A DNA stretch of 64,000 bases from Eledone cirrhosa (lineage: Eukaryota), in the NCBI GenBank assembly GCA_964016885.1, contig OZ024760.1, positions 5,828,001 through 5,892,000 on the forward strand. The letters are read 5' to 3'. Made by a program: the position numbers and the translations under genes. The notes beneath the pieces were generated by a model. It ran no database searches and was not told where the DNA came from. It saw only the letters and a list, made by a program, of their open reading frames with translations. This document shows, in pieces, positions 1 to 13,142 of this stretch (the stretch's first letter is position 1; every line of letters begins with the position of its first letter).

Positions 1-174
1 AAAAAACAAATTCTTTTTACTGTGATATTTATTTCGATTTTTCTCAAATGACCTCTGATATACGAGCTAACATATTAGGCCTCTAGGTGGTCGGTTCACG
101 TGCAAGAAATAACAAAATCTTCCTCAAATCACAATCTACTCTCTGAGAAAAGAACATGTTTTATATAAACTAGA

Positions 175-602
175 CTAGCAGAAAACTGCCCACCGTGTGG
201 TTTTCTGCTAGTATATATATATATTACACACACAGAAATGTATATATATTTCTGTGTGTGTATATATATATATATATTACACACACAGAAATGTATATAT
301 ATTTCTGTGTGTATATATATATATATATTACACACACAGAAATGTATATATATTTCTGTGTGTATATATATATATTTCTGTGTGTGTATATATATATATA
401 TTACACACACACAGAAATGTATATATGTTTCTGTAGCACTCCTCCATTCCCCCCTCTCTCCCTCCCGCTATCCCCCTCTTGTAGTCTGTCTCTTTCTTTC
501 ACTCTCACTCTACGCGTGCGCAAAAAACATTCGCACGCGCGCACGTGTTTCCACTGTCGGACAGACAGACAGAGAAATTTCTGGTTATATATTATAAGGA
601 GA
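175..602 (-). mobile_element. Non-autonomous Helitron-like element
   Basis: Minus strand A|TC start, (CTGT)n near the 5' end, subterminal hairpin and CTAG|T end. Confidence 0.6.
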
Positions 603-893
603 TAAGGACAACGTAAACACTTTATTTCACATAATTATCTCACATAGTATTGAATCTATGAGATTTTGAGAATACCTTAACATCACTATGAGTGGCCAGT
701 TATGGCCGGTTTGAATAGAAAGAAGTGAGAGAATTCTAGGCAGATACAGCAGGTTTAAATGCTAAAGGGTTAAGCTGGTAGAGGTAATATCTGAGGCTGA
801 ATTGGCTGCTATTTCTAGCTGGTCAAGCAAACTTGATACCATCACTAACCCATCTCTTTCTAGATCTTATACAATGTATCTGTCTGTCTTTAA

Positions 894-1110
894 CCCTTTA
901 GAATTTAAACCGGCCATATCTGGTCAGAATTCTCTCACTTCTTTCTGTTCAAACAAGCTGTAACTGGCCACTCATACTGATATTAAGGTATTGTTCTCAA
1001 AATAAATAATATCAAAATCTCATAGATTCGATATTATGGGAGATATGTGAGATAAAGCCTTTACTGTGAAAATACAATAGTATATATAGAGTAATGTAAA
1101 TGCTAAAGGG
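894..1110. mobile_element. piggyBac-like MITE; relatives at about 610-773, 32098-32418, 32725-32946, 35186-35452, 40449-40673, 40977-41299
   Basis: TTAA|CCCTTTAGxATTTA...TAAATGCTAAAGGG|TTAA. Confidence 0.75.
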
Positions 1111-1159
1111 TTAAGCTGGTAGAGGTCACATCTGCAGCCAAACTGGCTGCTATTTTTAG

Positions 1160-2570
1160 CTGCATAGGACATGTGATGCATATGAAGGATGACAGTTGCA
1201 TAAAAAGGTGCAGAGCACTAAAAGTTGATGGAAGCCATGGAGTGGGGAGACCCAAGAAGACCTGGGATGAGGTGATAAAATCTGATCTTGCCCAATTGCA
1301 CCTCTCAACGGCGATGACACAGAAGCGTGACCTCTGGCGTCACGCAGTAATACTGAAGAACCGACTTCCCATGTGAACAAGCCAAAGCTGAATCATATAG
1401 ACAATATGCCCACTCCTCCTCCCACTGCAAAGTGGTTGTGTAGGTGTCACGACAAAAAAACACCCAGTCCACACTGTAAAGTGATTGTGTAGGCGCCACA
1501 GAAAAAAGCACCCAGCACTCACTGTAAAGTGGTCGTGGAGGTGTCACAGAAAAAAAGCACCCAGCACTCACTGTAAAGTGGTCGTGGAGGTGTTACGGGA
1601 AAAAAGCACCCAGCACTCACTGTAAAGTAGTCGTGCAGGCACCACGACAAAAAAGCACCCAGCACTCACTGTAAAGTGGTCGTGGAGGTGTCACGGCAAA
1701 AAAGCACCCAGCACTCACTGTAAAGTGGTCGTGGAGGTGTCACGGAAAAAAAGCACCCAGCACTCACTGTAAAGTGGTCGTGGAGGTGTCACGGCAAAAA
1801 AGCACCCAGTCCACACTGTAAAGTAGTCGTGCAGGCACCACGACAAAAAAGCACCCAGCACTCACTGTAAAGTGGTCGTGGAGGTGTCACGGCAAAAAAG
1901 CACCCAGCACTCACTGTAAAGTGGTCGTGGAGGTGTCACGGCAAAAAAGCACCCAGCACTCACTGTAAAGTGGTCGTGGAGGTGTCACGGAAAAAAAGCA
2001 CCCAGCACTCACTGTAAAGTGGTCGTGGAGGTGTCACGGCAAAAAAGCACCCAGTCCACACTGTAAAGTAGTCGTGCAGGCACCACGACAAAAAAGCACC
2101 CAGCACTCACTGTAAAGTGGTCGTGGAGGTGTCACGGCAAAAAAGCACCCAGCACTCACTGTAAAGTGGTCGTGGAGGTGTCACGGAAAAAAAGCACCCA
2201 GCACTCACTGTAAAAAAGCACCCAGTCCACACTGTAAAGTAGTCGTGCAGGCACCACGACAAAAAAGCACCCAGCACTCACTGTAAAGTGGTCGTGGAGG
2301 TGTCACGGCAAAAAAGCACCCAGCACTCACTGTAAAGTGGTCGTGGAGGTGTCACGGAAAAAAAGCACCCAGCACTCACTGTAAAGTGGTCGTAGAGGTG
2401 TCACGGAAAAAAAGCACCCAGCACTCACTGTAAATGAGGTTGGTGTTAGGAAGGGCATCCAGCTGTAGAAATCAAGCCAGAATCAGTTCCCGTATGAGCA
2501 ACCCGTCTAACCCATGCTAACATGGAAGAATGGACGTAAACCGGTGATGATGATGATGGTGATGATGATT
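1160..2570 (+). mobile_element. RTE 3' fragment whose 3'UTR contains a 49-bp tandem array, ending in (GAT)n
   Basis: GHVMHMKDDSCIKRC..GVGRPKKTWDEVIKSDL; then GGTTGGTGTTAGGAAGGGCATCCAGCTGTAGAAA and a (GAT)n tail. Confidence 0.75.
1430..2435 (+). repeat. 49-bp minisatellite, about 20 units
   Basis: CACTGTAAAGTGGTCGTGGAGGTGTCACGGCAAAAAAGCACCCAGCACT. Confidence 0.95.
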
Positions 2571-2853
2571 CAAGCGACCAGAAGGAACTAGCTGATCATG
2601 TGACTTCTTCTGGTCAACTGAAGACAAAAACCAAAGATTTTGTAGCAGACCGTATGTCATTGTTGACCAATACAACAATAACTACTACTACTTTACCTGC
2701 TTCAGTTAATATTGTTAACTCAGGCAGAAAATAAAAACTAAATAGTGTGTGTAAATACTGCAGTAGTTAGCTACTCTCCTGGTGTTTCTATCAATATATT
2801 TCCGCATCAAGTGTTTTATTTTAAGCAGGTAACTCCTCAAAAGGAACTTGTTC

Positions 2854-2885
<32 letters not shown>

Positions 2886-2939
2886 TTGCATTTTCAGAAG
2901 AATACAATTCAGTCAAGTTTAAGACGGTAGCAGCAACAG

Positions 2940-4432
2940 CACCATCACTACCAACACCACCACCACCATCACCACCACTATCACCACCATAACCATCACC
3001 ATCATTGCCACCACCATCACCACCATCGCCACCACCATAACCATCACTGCCACCACCATCACCACCATCGCCACCACCATAACCATCACCATCATTGCCA
3101 CCACCATCACCACCATCATAACTATCACCATCATTGCCACCACCATCACCACCATTGCCACCACCACTATCACCACCATAACCACCATCGCCACCACCAA
3201 CATCACCATCACCATCACCACCATAACCATCACCATCATTGCCACCACCATAACCATCACCACCATTGCCATCACCACCATTGCCACCACCACTATCACC
3301 ACCATCGCCACCACCAACACCAACATCACCACTATCACCACGAACATTACCACCAACAACACCACCATCAACAGCAACATCCAGTACTGCCACCACTACC
3401 ACTACCACCACCAATACTACCACCACCACCCCTGCCACCACGACCACCATCAGTACTACCACCAATACTACAATCACCACAACACCACCAATACTACCAC
3501 ACACCACACCACCAATACTACCACACACCACCAATACTACTACCACACCACCAATACTACCACCACCACACCACCAGTACTACTACCACCAATACTACCA
3601 CCACACCACCACACCTCCAGTACTACCACCACCAATACTACCACACCGCCAATACTACCACAACACCACCACCACACCACCAGTACTACCACACCACCAA
3701 TACTACTACCACACCACCAATACTACCACCACCACCAATACTACCACCACCACACCACCAGTACTACTACCACCAATACTACCACCACCACACCACCAGT
3801 ACTACTACCACCAATACTACCACCACCACACCACCAGTACTACTACCACCACCACCACCACTACCACACCACCAATACTACCACCACAACACCACCAATA
3901 CTACCACCACCACCACACCACCAGTACTACTACCACCAATACTACCACCACCACCAATACCACCACCACACCACCAGTACTACTACCACCAATACTACCA
4001 CCACCACACCACCAGTACTACTACCACCAATACTACCACCACCACACCACCAGTACTACTACCACCAATACTACCACCACCACACAACCAGTACTACTAC
4101 CACCAATACTACCACCACCACACAACTAGTACTACTACCACTAATACCACCACCACCACCACTACTACCACTAATACCACCACCACCACCACTACTACCA
4201 CCAATACTACCACCACCACACCACCAGTACTACTACCACCAATACTACCACCACCACCAATACCACCACCACCACACCACCAGTACTACTACCACCAATA
4301 CCACCACCACCACACCACCAGTACTACTACCACCAGTACTACCACCACCACCAGTACTACCACCACCACACCACCAGTACTACTACCACCACCACACCAC
4401 CAGTACTAATACCACCACCATCACCACCACCA
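2940..4432. repeat. (CCA/ACT/CAT)n compound trinucleotide repeat
   Basis: Seen directly. Confidence 0.95.
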
Positions 4433-4909
4433 GTCCAGGAAAAGGTACTGTGTGATATCAGAAGTTAGTATGGCTTGCTGAAGACAAAAATAGTTCCATT
4501 CAACTAAAGTGTAACATAACTCTACAGATCAATAAATAATATTGGTTGTTGGTGATTAGCTTCACTGCAGCTGCTGCCACTGTTGCTGCTGCTGTTGTTG
4601 TTGTTGCTGCTGTTGTTGCTGCTGCTGCCGCCACTGTTAGAAATAAGCCAGCCATATATTTTTAAAAGTCCGTAAACAGAAAGAAATGCCAGAAATATCT
4701 TCCATTTCCTTTGGTATCTGTTCACAAGAAAGTATATGGTCACACAACACCCCACCTCACCCACCCAATGTTTAGTGTCGGTGCCTGCGCATATTTTTTT
4801 ATGCCTCGTAAAATTAAGTTTGATAAAAAAAAAAAAGAAAAAAAAAAAGAGATGGATAAAAAATAAATAAATACCAAATTTGAATAAAAAAAAGAACACA
4901 AAATAGAGT

Positions 4910-6460
4910 TCTGCCCCAGCATGGCCACAGTTTAATGACTGAAATCAGTAAAATAAGTAAACGGTGGTGCTCCCCCAGCATAAAAGAAGGTAATGCCACA
5001 ATAATGTTTTGCCCCAGTATGGCACTGAAACCAGTAAAGTCAGTAAAAGAATGTAGCGCCCCAGCATGGCCATAGTCTAATGACTAAAACCAGTAAAGTC
5101 AGTAAAAGAAGTTAATGCCCCAGTATGGCCACAGTAATGTGGTGCCCCAGTATGGCCACTGAAACCAGTAAAGTCAGTAAAAGAATGTAGCGCCCCAGCA
5201 TGGCCACAGTCTAATGACTGAAACCAGTAAAGTCATTAAAAGAAGTTAATGCCCCAGTATGGCCACTGAAACCAGTAAAGTCAGTAAAAGAATGTAGCGC
5301 CCCAGCATGGCCATAGTCTAATGACTAAAACCAGTAAAGTCAGTAAAAGAAGTTAATGCCCCAGTATGGCCACAGTAATGTGGTGCCCCAGTATGGCCAC
5401 TGAAACCAGTAAAGTCAGTAAAAGAATGTAGCGCCCCAGCATGGCCACAGTCTAATGACTGAAACCAGTAAAGTCAATAAAAGAAGTTAATGCCCCAGTA
5501 TGGCCACAGTAATGTGGTGCCCCAGTATGGCCACTGAAACCAGTAAAGTCAGTAAAAGAATGTAGCGCCCCAGCATGGCCACAGTCTAATGACTGAAACC
5601 AGTAAAGTCAGTAAAAGAACTTAATGCCCCAGTATGGCCACAGTATGGCCACTGAAACCAGTAAAGTCAGTAAAAGAATGTAGCGCCCCAGCATGGCCAC
5701 AGTCTAATGACTGAAACCAGTAAAGTCAGTAAAAGAACTTAATGCCCCAGTATGGCCACAGTAATGTGGTGCCCCAGTATGGCCACTGAAACCAGTAAAG
5801 TCAGTAAAAGAATGTAGCACCCCAGCATGGCCACAGTCTAATGACTGAAACCAGTAAAGTCAGTAAAAGAATGTAGCGCCCCAGCATGGCCACAGTCTAA
5901 TGACTGAAACCAGTAAAGTCAGTAAAAGAATGTAGCGCCCCAGCATGGCCACAGTCTAATGACTGAAACCAGTAAAGTCAGTAAAAGAATGTAGCGCCCC
6001 AGCATGGCCACAGTCTAATGACTGAAACCAGTAAAGTCAGTAAAAGAATGTAGCGCCCCAGCATGGCCACAGTCTAATGACTGAAACCAGTAAAGTCAGT
6101 AAAAGAATGTAGCGCCCCAGCATGGCCACAGTCTAATGACTGAAACCAGTAAAGTCAGTAAAAGAATGTAGCACCCCAGCATGGCCACAGTCTAATGACT
6201 GAAACCAGTAAAGTCAGTAAAAGAATGTAGCGCCCCAGCATGGCCACAGTCTAATGACTGAAACCAGTAAAGTCAGTAAAAGAATGTAGCACCCCAGCAT
6301 GGCCACAGTCTAATGACTGAAACCAGTAAAGTCAATAAAAGAAGTTAATGCCCCAGTATGGCCACAGTAATGTGGTGCCCCAGTATGGCCACTGAAACCA
6401 GTAAAGTCAGTAAAAGAATGTAGCGCCCCAGTATGGCCACAGAAACCAGTAAAGTCAGTC
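4910..6460 (+). repeat. 59-bp minisatellite with higher-order variants
   Basis: GCCCCAGCATGGCCACAGTCTAATGACTGAAACCAGTAAAGTCAGTAAAAGAATGTAGC. Confidence 0.95.
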
Positions 6461-6677
6461 AAGGGAAATATAAATATATAACAGTAGTTTATCATCAGAA
6501 GTTGTTGCCATGTATTTAAGATCTCATATCAATGTGACAGTTCCTGGAGTAATCCCAATAGAATTTATTGATCTTAGCATAAAATAAATGGACATGGATG
6601 ATGTGAGACATTGTGTGTCTGTGTGTGGGTGTATATATATATACACACACATACACACACACATAATATTTTGTGCT

Positions 6678-6715
<38 letters not shown>

Positions 6716-7119
6716 CCGTCTAACCCATGCTAGCGTGGAAAATGGACGTTAAACAAAGATGATGATGATGATATCATCATCATCATACGTCCGCATTTCC
6801 CTGCTTGCAAGGGTGGGACTGATTCTGGCTTGATTTCAACAGCTGGATGCCCTTCCTAACACCAACCTCATTTACAGTGAGTGCTGGGTGCTTGTTTGCC
6901 GTGACACCTCCACAACCACTTTGCAGTGGAATGATATGGACCCCAGTCCCTATCATGTCATTTCTACAGCTGAGTAAACTGGAGCAATGTGAAATAAAGT
7001 GTCTTGCTCAAGGAAACAACACATCACCCGGTCTGAGAATTGAATTCACAACCTTTCGATTGCAAGGCCAATGCTCTAACCACTAAGCCATGTGCCTCCA
7101 TATATATATATATATATAT

Positions 7120-7669
7120 ATAATATATAAGAACAAAAGATGGTTAAAAGAGTTCCATGTATTTTATTATGCGCATTTCAAAAACAAATATCATCATGCA
7201 ATAATATTTGTGTTTTCATCATATAAAATAGGAAGACATGATATGAAGGTTAAAAAACACTTGTGGATAGTGCAGTTTTAAATCAACATATGAAAAGTAG
7301 TTTTAGATTGATGTGTGATATTGGGAAAAATATTTTTTTTTAGGGGGGGTGGAAAGGATGAAAAAGAGGAGGGCATCCAGCTGTTGAAATCAATCTAAAA
7401 CTACTTTTCATATGTTGATTTAAAACTGCACTATCCACAAGTGTTTTTTAACCTTCATATCATGTCTTCCTATTTTATCTGATGAAAACACAAATATTAT
7501 TGCATGATGATATTTGTTTTTGAAATGCGCATAATAAAATACATGGAACTCTTTTAACCATCTTTTGATCTTATATATTATGTATACTCCAGTCCTACAA
7601 ACTGTAGAGTGCTTCTTATCCGATATCTGCATTGCTTTATTGTACTACAATAAAACTCACCTCCTACAT
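7120..7669 (+). mobile_element. Fold-back Penelope-like pseudo-LTR with ribozyme and about 90-nt unpaired tail
   Basis: About 7125-7312 is the inverse of about 7389-7577; single-copy tail to 7669; (TA)n flanks. Confidence 0.75.
7471..7541 (+). ncRNA. Type I hammerhead ribozyme
   Basis: TATTTTAT-CTGATGA-(ACAAATAT/ATATTTGT stem II)-GAAA-TGCGCA-TA-ATAAAATA; the inverted copy at 7160-7230 has ATGATGA (mutated core). Confidence 0.82.
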
Positions 7670-7743
7670 TATATATATATATATATATACATATACACAC
7701 ACACACATAATATTTGTGTTTTGTGCTCACACACAGACACATA

Positions 7744-7774
<31 letters not shown>

Positions 7775-7977
7775 TAGTTTTGCGAGGTTTTTGATATGAA
7801 TGATGTGAGATATAAAAGACACAGAAGCGAAACCAACCAAACAGTGTGTTCTGTTATTAATTCTGGCAATATTATTACACTAATATGACCCTCCCCAAGT
7901 ATACACACACACATAATATTTGTATTTTGTGCTCACACACACACATATATATATATATACACATATATATATATATC

Positions 7978-8560
7978 AGAGAGTATTGAAGTTTGCTTGA
8001 AGCATTGTGGAACAATAAATAAATATCTTTAAGTCGTTTGGAAGCCTCGACAATGCAAATGGGTAAATCTCCGGGTAACAAGGTCCGGTGGTGGAGAGAG
8101 AGATGTAAGTGGGTGTACGTTGAGATGCGTGGTGTGTATAAGATGTGTGAGATGTGTAGAATGAAGGGAAGAGTATAGAGGATAAAATAAAAATAACAAC
8201 ACAAGAGAGAGTTACCTTGGGAGAGATTTAATAGTCCCTATATATTTCGGATTCACAGACAACCTTTCGGATTCACAGACAACCTTTTCCCCCACCCCGG
8301 AAAAAAAACCCAGTTGATGGATGTGAATCCGAAATATATAGGGACTATTAAATCTCTCCCAAGGTAACTCTCTCTTGTGTTGTTATTTTTATTTTATCCT
8401 CTATACTCTTCCCTTCATTCTACACATCTCACACATCTTATACACACCACGCATCTCAACGTACACCCACTTACATCTCTCTCTCCACCACCGGACCTTG
8501 TTACCCGGAGATTTACCCATTTGCATTGTCGAGGCTTCCAAACGACTTAAAGATATTTAC
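7978..8560 (-). mobile_element. Fold-back element with partial hammerhead (stem II-GAAA-TATA-TA)
   Basis: About 8020-8257 is the inverse of about 8322-8559 (the ORF track shows identical peptides on both strands); GGAT/gtga/ATCC-GAAA-TATA-TA at 8319-8340. Confidence 0.65.
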
Positions 8561-8589
8561 ATATATATATATATATATATATATTTATA

Positions 8590-9060
8590 TCCTTCTTATC
8601 GTGTCCAAAAGAGTGTCAGTTACAAAGCTTGGCTAGATGTGGTTCAGCCACAACTGAACACATTGCTGCCCTTTCTCATTAAATTCTGCCAAGTCCAATG
8701 CTATGCAGGGGTATTCCAGCAGGGGGCATATCAGGGGGTGCTGCATAGTCTGTGGTTCGATGCCACAATCACACACAACATCCCCATCCTTTAAATATCC
8801 CTATTTTACAAGATTGACTTTTGTATGTCCAACACCAGATCTTAGTCTGTTGAGGCATTTCCACACTGCATAGTTTGTATCTGCTCCAGGGGTAGTGCAT
8901 TGCTCACCTTTAACTCTATTGTTGTTACAGATGGGTGATTGTTAAGTTTTTCTTCCCAGCGAGTGACTCTTTCACTGGCACATGGCCGAAGAGAAGATGT
9001 TTTTGATCTGTAGTCTGTTGTTGACACTCTTTCTTGCTTGCTGCACTTTGTCGTATCTCT
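8590..9060 (-). mobile_element. I-group/Vingi-like LINE C-terminal fragment
   Basis: Minus translation WKCLNRLRSGVGHTKVNLVK*GY..CDCGIEPQTMQH..CP (CCHC-type knuckle) with a stop and a frameshift. Confidence 0.65.
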
Positions 9061-9062
9061 GA

Positions 9063-9390
9063 CTTAGTAGTTAGAGCATTGGGCTTGCAATCAGAAGGTT
9101 GTGAGTTTGATTCTCGAACCAGGTGATGTGTTGTGTCCTTGAGCAAGACACTTTATTTCAGGTTGCTCCAGTTGACTCAGCTGTAGAAATGAGTTGCAAT
9201 GTCACTGGTGTCAAGCTGTATTGGCCATTAGCCTTTCCCTTGGACATCATCGGTGGTTGGGAGAGAGGAAGCTGGTGTATATGGGCGACTACTGGTCTTC
9301 CACAAACAACCTTGCCTGAACTTGGGCCTCGGAGGGGAACTCTAGGTGGAAATCCCATAGTCATTCGTGACCAAAGGGGGTCTTTACCCT
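9063..9390 (+). mobile_element. Second tRNA-derived SINE family with CORE-like domain; copies at about 6960-7098 (-), 18380-18505 (-), 57412-57560 (+)
   Basis: tRNA-like head then TGTGTCCTTGAGCAAGACACTTTATTTCA..CTCAGCTGTAGAAATGA. Confidence 0.7.
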
Positions 9391-9504
9391 ATATATATAT
9401 AAACACACACACATTTGTGTTTGTGTATGTAGGTAAATGTGAATGTGTGTATATGTATATATGGTATGAATGTGTGTGTGTATATTGTATAAAACTGGTG
9501 TTTA

Positions 9505-9790
9505 CTGTTCTGACATTTAAAGAACGCCACAACAACCATGTGGTGGGGTTCCCAAAACAGGAGATAAAACATATAACCAAGCTCTCCAGCTATGTATGGA
9601 AGCTGAAAGAGGGCTCTACTGATTACAACATCAGTAGAGCCCACTGGAGGATAGCAGATAAATGTAAACTCCACGCCAATGGTTCTAAGAGGTGCAGACA
9701 CTACTTGGCTCATATGGAAAGACTCATGCCTCAACTCGAGGAATGAATTATGCAAGCCATGTCCACATAGAAGATAATATATCCTCTGGT
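9505..9790 (+). pseudogene. Decayed Penelope-like element GIY-YIG endonuclease C-terminal region
   Basis: TFKERHNNH..TKLSSYVWKLKEGSTDYNI..WRIADKC..GSKRC, then a frameshifted LNSRNELCKPCPHRR*; matches the PLE endonuclease pattern FKERYxNH..LSxYIWxLK..WxI..C..LNxRxEL..CxH as recalled. Confidence 0.75.
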
Positions 9791-10358
9791 TTTGGTCACC
9801 AAATATCCAGACACCCACTATTTGCCAGGGATAACATGATACTTCATTAAGCAAAATTGGTATTGGTTGGACATCCTCATATGTATGTCTATACTTGTGT
9901 ATAGATATATAGATATCTTATATATATATATATATATATAAAATTATGGGTAAGTTCCCAATGAGCATTGGGAGGTAGGTTATCATGATGATTTCAAATG
10001 GAGGAACCCCATTTTGGCCATATGTCATGTATTTGTGATTGTATTCTTTCAGTCCTTACCTCAGGCAAGGGTTGGCATGAACACTCAATTGAAGATAGTG
10101 AGTTTATCATTTCCAACTACATACCTCCCTTCATCTGATGGCCAAATGCTGAAGCCGGCGCTTTGCTACGCCATCTCCAGAGAAATGGAGTGACACATAA
10201 AAATGACAGGTAAAAAAATCAACTGTCAAGAAGAAGAAAAAGAAGAAGAAGAAGAAAAAGAAGAAGAAGAAGAAAAAGAAGAAGAAGAAGAATTCCACAA
10301 GGAAGACATGATTAAAAGATTGTCAACATAGTTTTAGTTTAATGTAAGGAATATATAC

Positions 10359-10395
<37 letters not shown>

Positions 10396-11237
10396 TGAGT
10401 GTGAATAGTTCTTTATTGAATTGCTAAACCCAACATGCTGTTTGTTATTGTCAACTAAACTGTTAACTTTCTTTATTTCTCAGTTTGAAATATAAACCTT
10501 CCTTGTCAATCCTTTTTATAATTTAATACAATACATAGCTAAACTTTTTTGTTTATATTTTGGTCCATTCTCCCACTTTCATTTTTGGTGTTGTTATTTA
10601 TATTTCTTCTCCTTTATTTTGGCTTTTGTTATTTTTGTGTCCATTTTTCTCCCAAAAGAGGAAGTAAAAACAGACATGTGAACCATGTTCATTCTTCAAC
10701 AACAACAACAACAGCAACAGCAAAAACAACAACAACAAGAAAAAGAAGAAAAAGAAGAAAAAGAAGAAAAAGAAGATGAAGATGAAGATGAAGAAGGATT
10801 GACAAGGAAGGTTTTATTTCAAACTGAGAAAGTTAACAGTTGACAATAACAAACAGTGTGTTGGGTTTAGCAATCCAATAAAGAACTATTCACACACACA
10901 TATATATATACATTCCTTACATTAAACTAAAATCTTCTTCTTCTCCTTCCCCTCCTTCTCCTTTCTAAATAGCTTGCCAAGTCATAACTTGGCAAGCTAT
11001 TTAGAACACTGGTTTAACCGCTTTACTTCCCTCCGAAGAAGAGATATTATCTCAAAAATTAAGGACATTTAAATAAATCTAAGGTAAAAGACTAATTGTC
11101 AACAATATCTTTTGCATTTGCATTCTTTATTCCATGTCCATACCTGCATTTTTTTGGCTTTATTATACATATACAAACGTTTATACCTCATTACACAATG
11201 CTTCAAGTGAACTATAACTTCCTCCATATATATATAT

Positions 11238-11445
11238 ATTTATTAAAATAACAGATTAAAGTTTAAGCAAAGAATTGCTGCTTTCACCCTTAACGGGATC
11301 TTCTGAAGGGTGAAAGCAGCGATTCTTTGCTTAAACTTTAATCTGTTATTTTAATAAATATTTGCTCTACGGTTCTTATATATCTGATATTTATTTATCC
11401 TTATCGAGCCCTCTTTGGATTTTAATCTTCAAATTTATTATTATT
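11238..11445 (+). mobile_element. Fold-back element with tail; second copy at about 35960-36110 (minus)
   Basis: Hairpin about 11238-11360 centred on a degenerate CAGAAGA-TCCC/GGGT-GAAA motif. Confidence 0.6.
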
Positions 11446-11619
11446 ACTATATTAGCATAGTTACGTCTCTTTACGGTCTGAGGTCAAATCCCGCAGAGGT
11501 TAACTTTGCCTTTCATCCTTACGGGGTCGATAAAATAAAGTACCAGTAATGTACTGGGTAATTGCTGGCCTTGTGCCTAAAGTAGAAACAATTATATATA
11601 TATATATATATGTATCCAC

Positions 11620-12365
11620 GGAATAGGCAGACCCAGAAAAACCTGGGACGAGCTGATAAATTCCGACCTCACACACTTACACCTCTCCAAGACAATGTCA
11701 CTGGACCGAGACCTTTGGCGGTACTCAGTAATAGAGAAGACCCGCCTTACCTAAATACAAAGTAAAACCTACTACAGTCAGTAGGCATCTCTAACAAAAT
11801 ACACCCCCGTCCCACCACCCCCACCCCATCCACACCGCCCCTTTCAATGTAAAGTTATGTTGGTGCCACAACATCCAGGCCGAAACAAATGAGATCGTGT
11901 AGGTGTCACGACAAAAAACACACAGTCCACGCTGTAATGTGGCCGTGTAGGCAACACGGTAAAAACCTCCCAGCCCCACACTGTAAATGTGGTTGGTGTT
12001 AGGAAGGGCATCCAGCTGTAGAAAACCCGCCAGACAGTCCACGCTGTAATGTGGCCGTGTAGGCAACACGGTTAAAACCTCCCAGCCCCACACTGTAAAT
12101 GTGGTTGGTGTTAGGAAGGGCATCCAGCTGTAGAAAACCCGCCAGACAGTCCACGCTGTAATGTGGCCGTGTAGGCAACACGGTTAAAACCTCCCAGCCC
12201 CACACTGTAAATGTGGTTGGTGTTAGGAAGGGCATCCAGCTGTAGAAAACCCGCCAGACAGTCCTATGCGGGCAAGACAATCACTCTTGCCTCAAGTGGG
12301 AAAACCCCCGTCCAAACCCATGCAAGCGTGGAACACGGACGTTAAACGTTGATGATGATGATGAT
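11620..12365 (+). mobile_element. RTE 3' fragment plus 3'UTR with a 119-bp triplication
   Basis: GRPRKTWDELINSDL..; near-identical to the 56075-56670 copy on minus. Confidence 0.75.
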
Positions 12366-12366
12366 G

Positions 12367-12632
12367 TACAATATGTAGAAAAGATAACACACCAGAGAGA
12401 GAGATAGTGCGCCATCAGTCAAACAGGGAAAAAACCACCAGTGTATGGAATCTATAGCCCTTAGATTCCATACACTGGTGGTTTTTCCCTGTTTGACTGA
12501 TGGCGCACTCTCTCTCTCTCTGGTGTGTTATCTTTTCTACATATTGTATTATAAAGGGCTCGGCATTCCTTCTCCTTTGAGCACATTAATGACAGGGAAT
12601 AGCGAGGGTCTATGGCTCCGTTAATTTATCGT
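12367..12632 (+). mobile_element. Fold-back element (about 85-bp arms) with about 80-nt tail ending at (TA)n
   Basis: 12367-12450 is the inverse of 12461-12549; tail carries a GCTC..GAGC stem. Confidence 0.6.
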
Positions 12633-12674
12633 GATATATATATATATATGTATATTTATATATATACATATATA

Positions 12675-13142
12675 TGGTCACAATGTTGATGATGATGATG
12701 GTCATGATGGTGATGATGGTGGCAGTGATGGTAGTTGTTACAATGATGAAGATGCTGGTTACGATGATGATGATGATGATGGTGGTGGTGATGATGGTGA
12801 TTGTAGTGATGATGATGATGATCATCATCATCATCATCATGATGACGGTGATTGTAGTGATGATGATGATGGTGGTGGTGGTGGTGATGATGACGGTGAT
12901 TGTAGTGATGATGATGATGATGGTGATTGTAGTGATGATGATGATGATGATGGTGATTGTAGTGATGATGATGATGATGGTGGTGGTGGTGATGATGACG
13001 GTGATTGTAGTGATGATGATGATGATGATGGTGATTGTAGTGATGATGATGATGATGGTGGTGGTGATGATGACGGTGATTGTAGTGATGATGATGATGA
13101 TGATCATGATCATGATGATGATTGTGGTGATGATGATGATTG
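12675..13142. repeat. (GAT/GGT)n repeat; similar tracts at 17617-17827, 19960-20790, 28680-30500
   Basis: Seen directly. Confidence 0.95.

Noticed and set aside
2881-4129. Gly/Asp-rich and Pro/Thr/His-rich ORFs (also 12631, 19905, 29985, 36112)
   Set aside because: Trinucleotide repeats without splice or homology support
4522-4720. Possible TBC1D2 exon 2 (phase-compatible acceptor, YQRKWKIFLAF..YGWLISNS)
   Set aside because: Spacing and residues do not fit the PH C-terminal LxA..WLxxLQ helix; the frame runs into a CAG/CAA repeat and a stop
10050-10200. Minus-strand GT donor-like sites with a short open frame
   Set aside because: No recognisable homology and a weak acceptor; more likely decayed repeat
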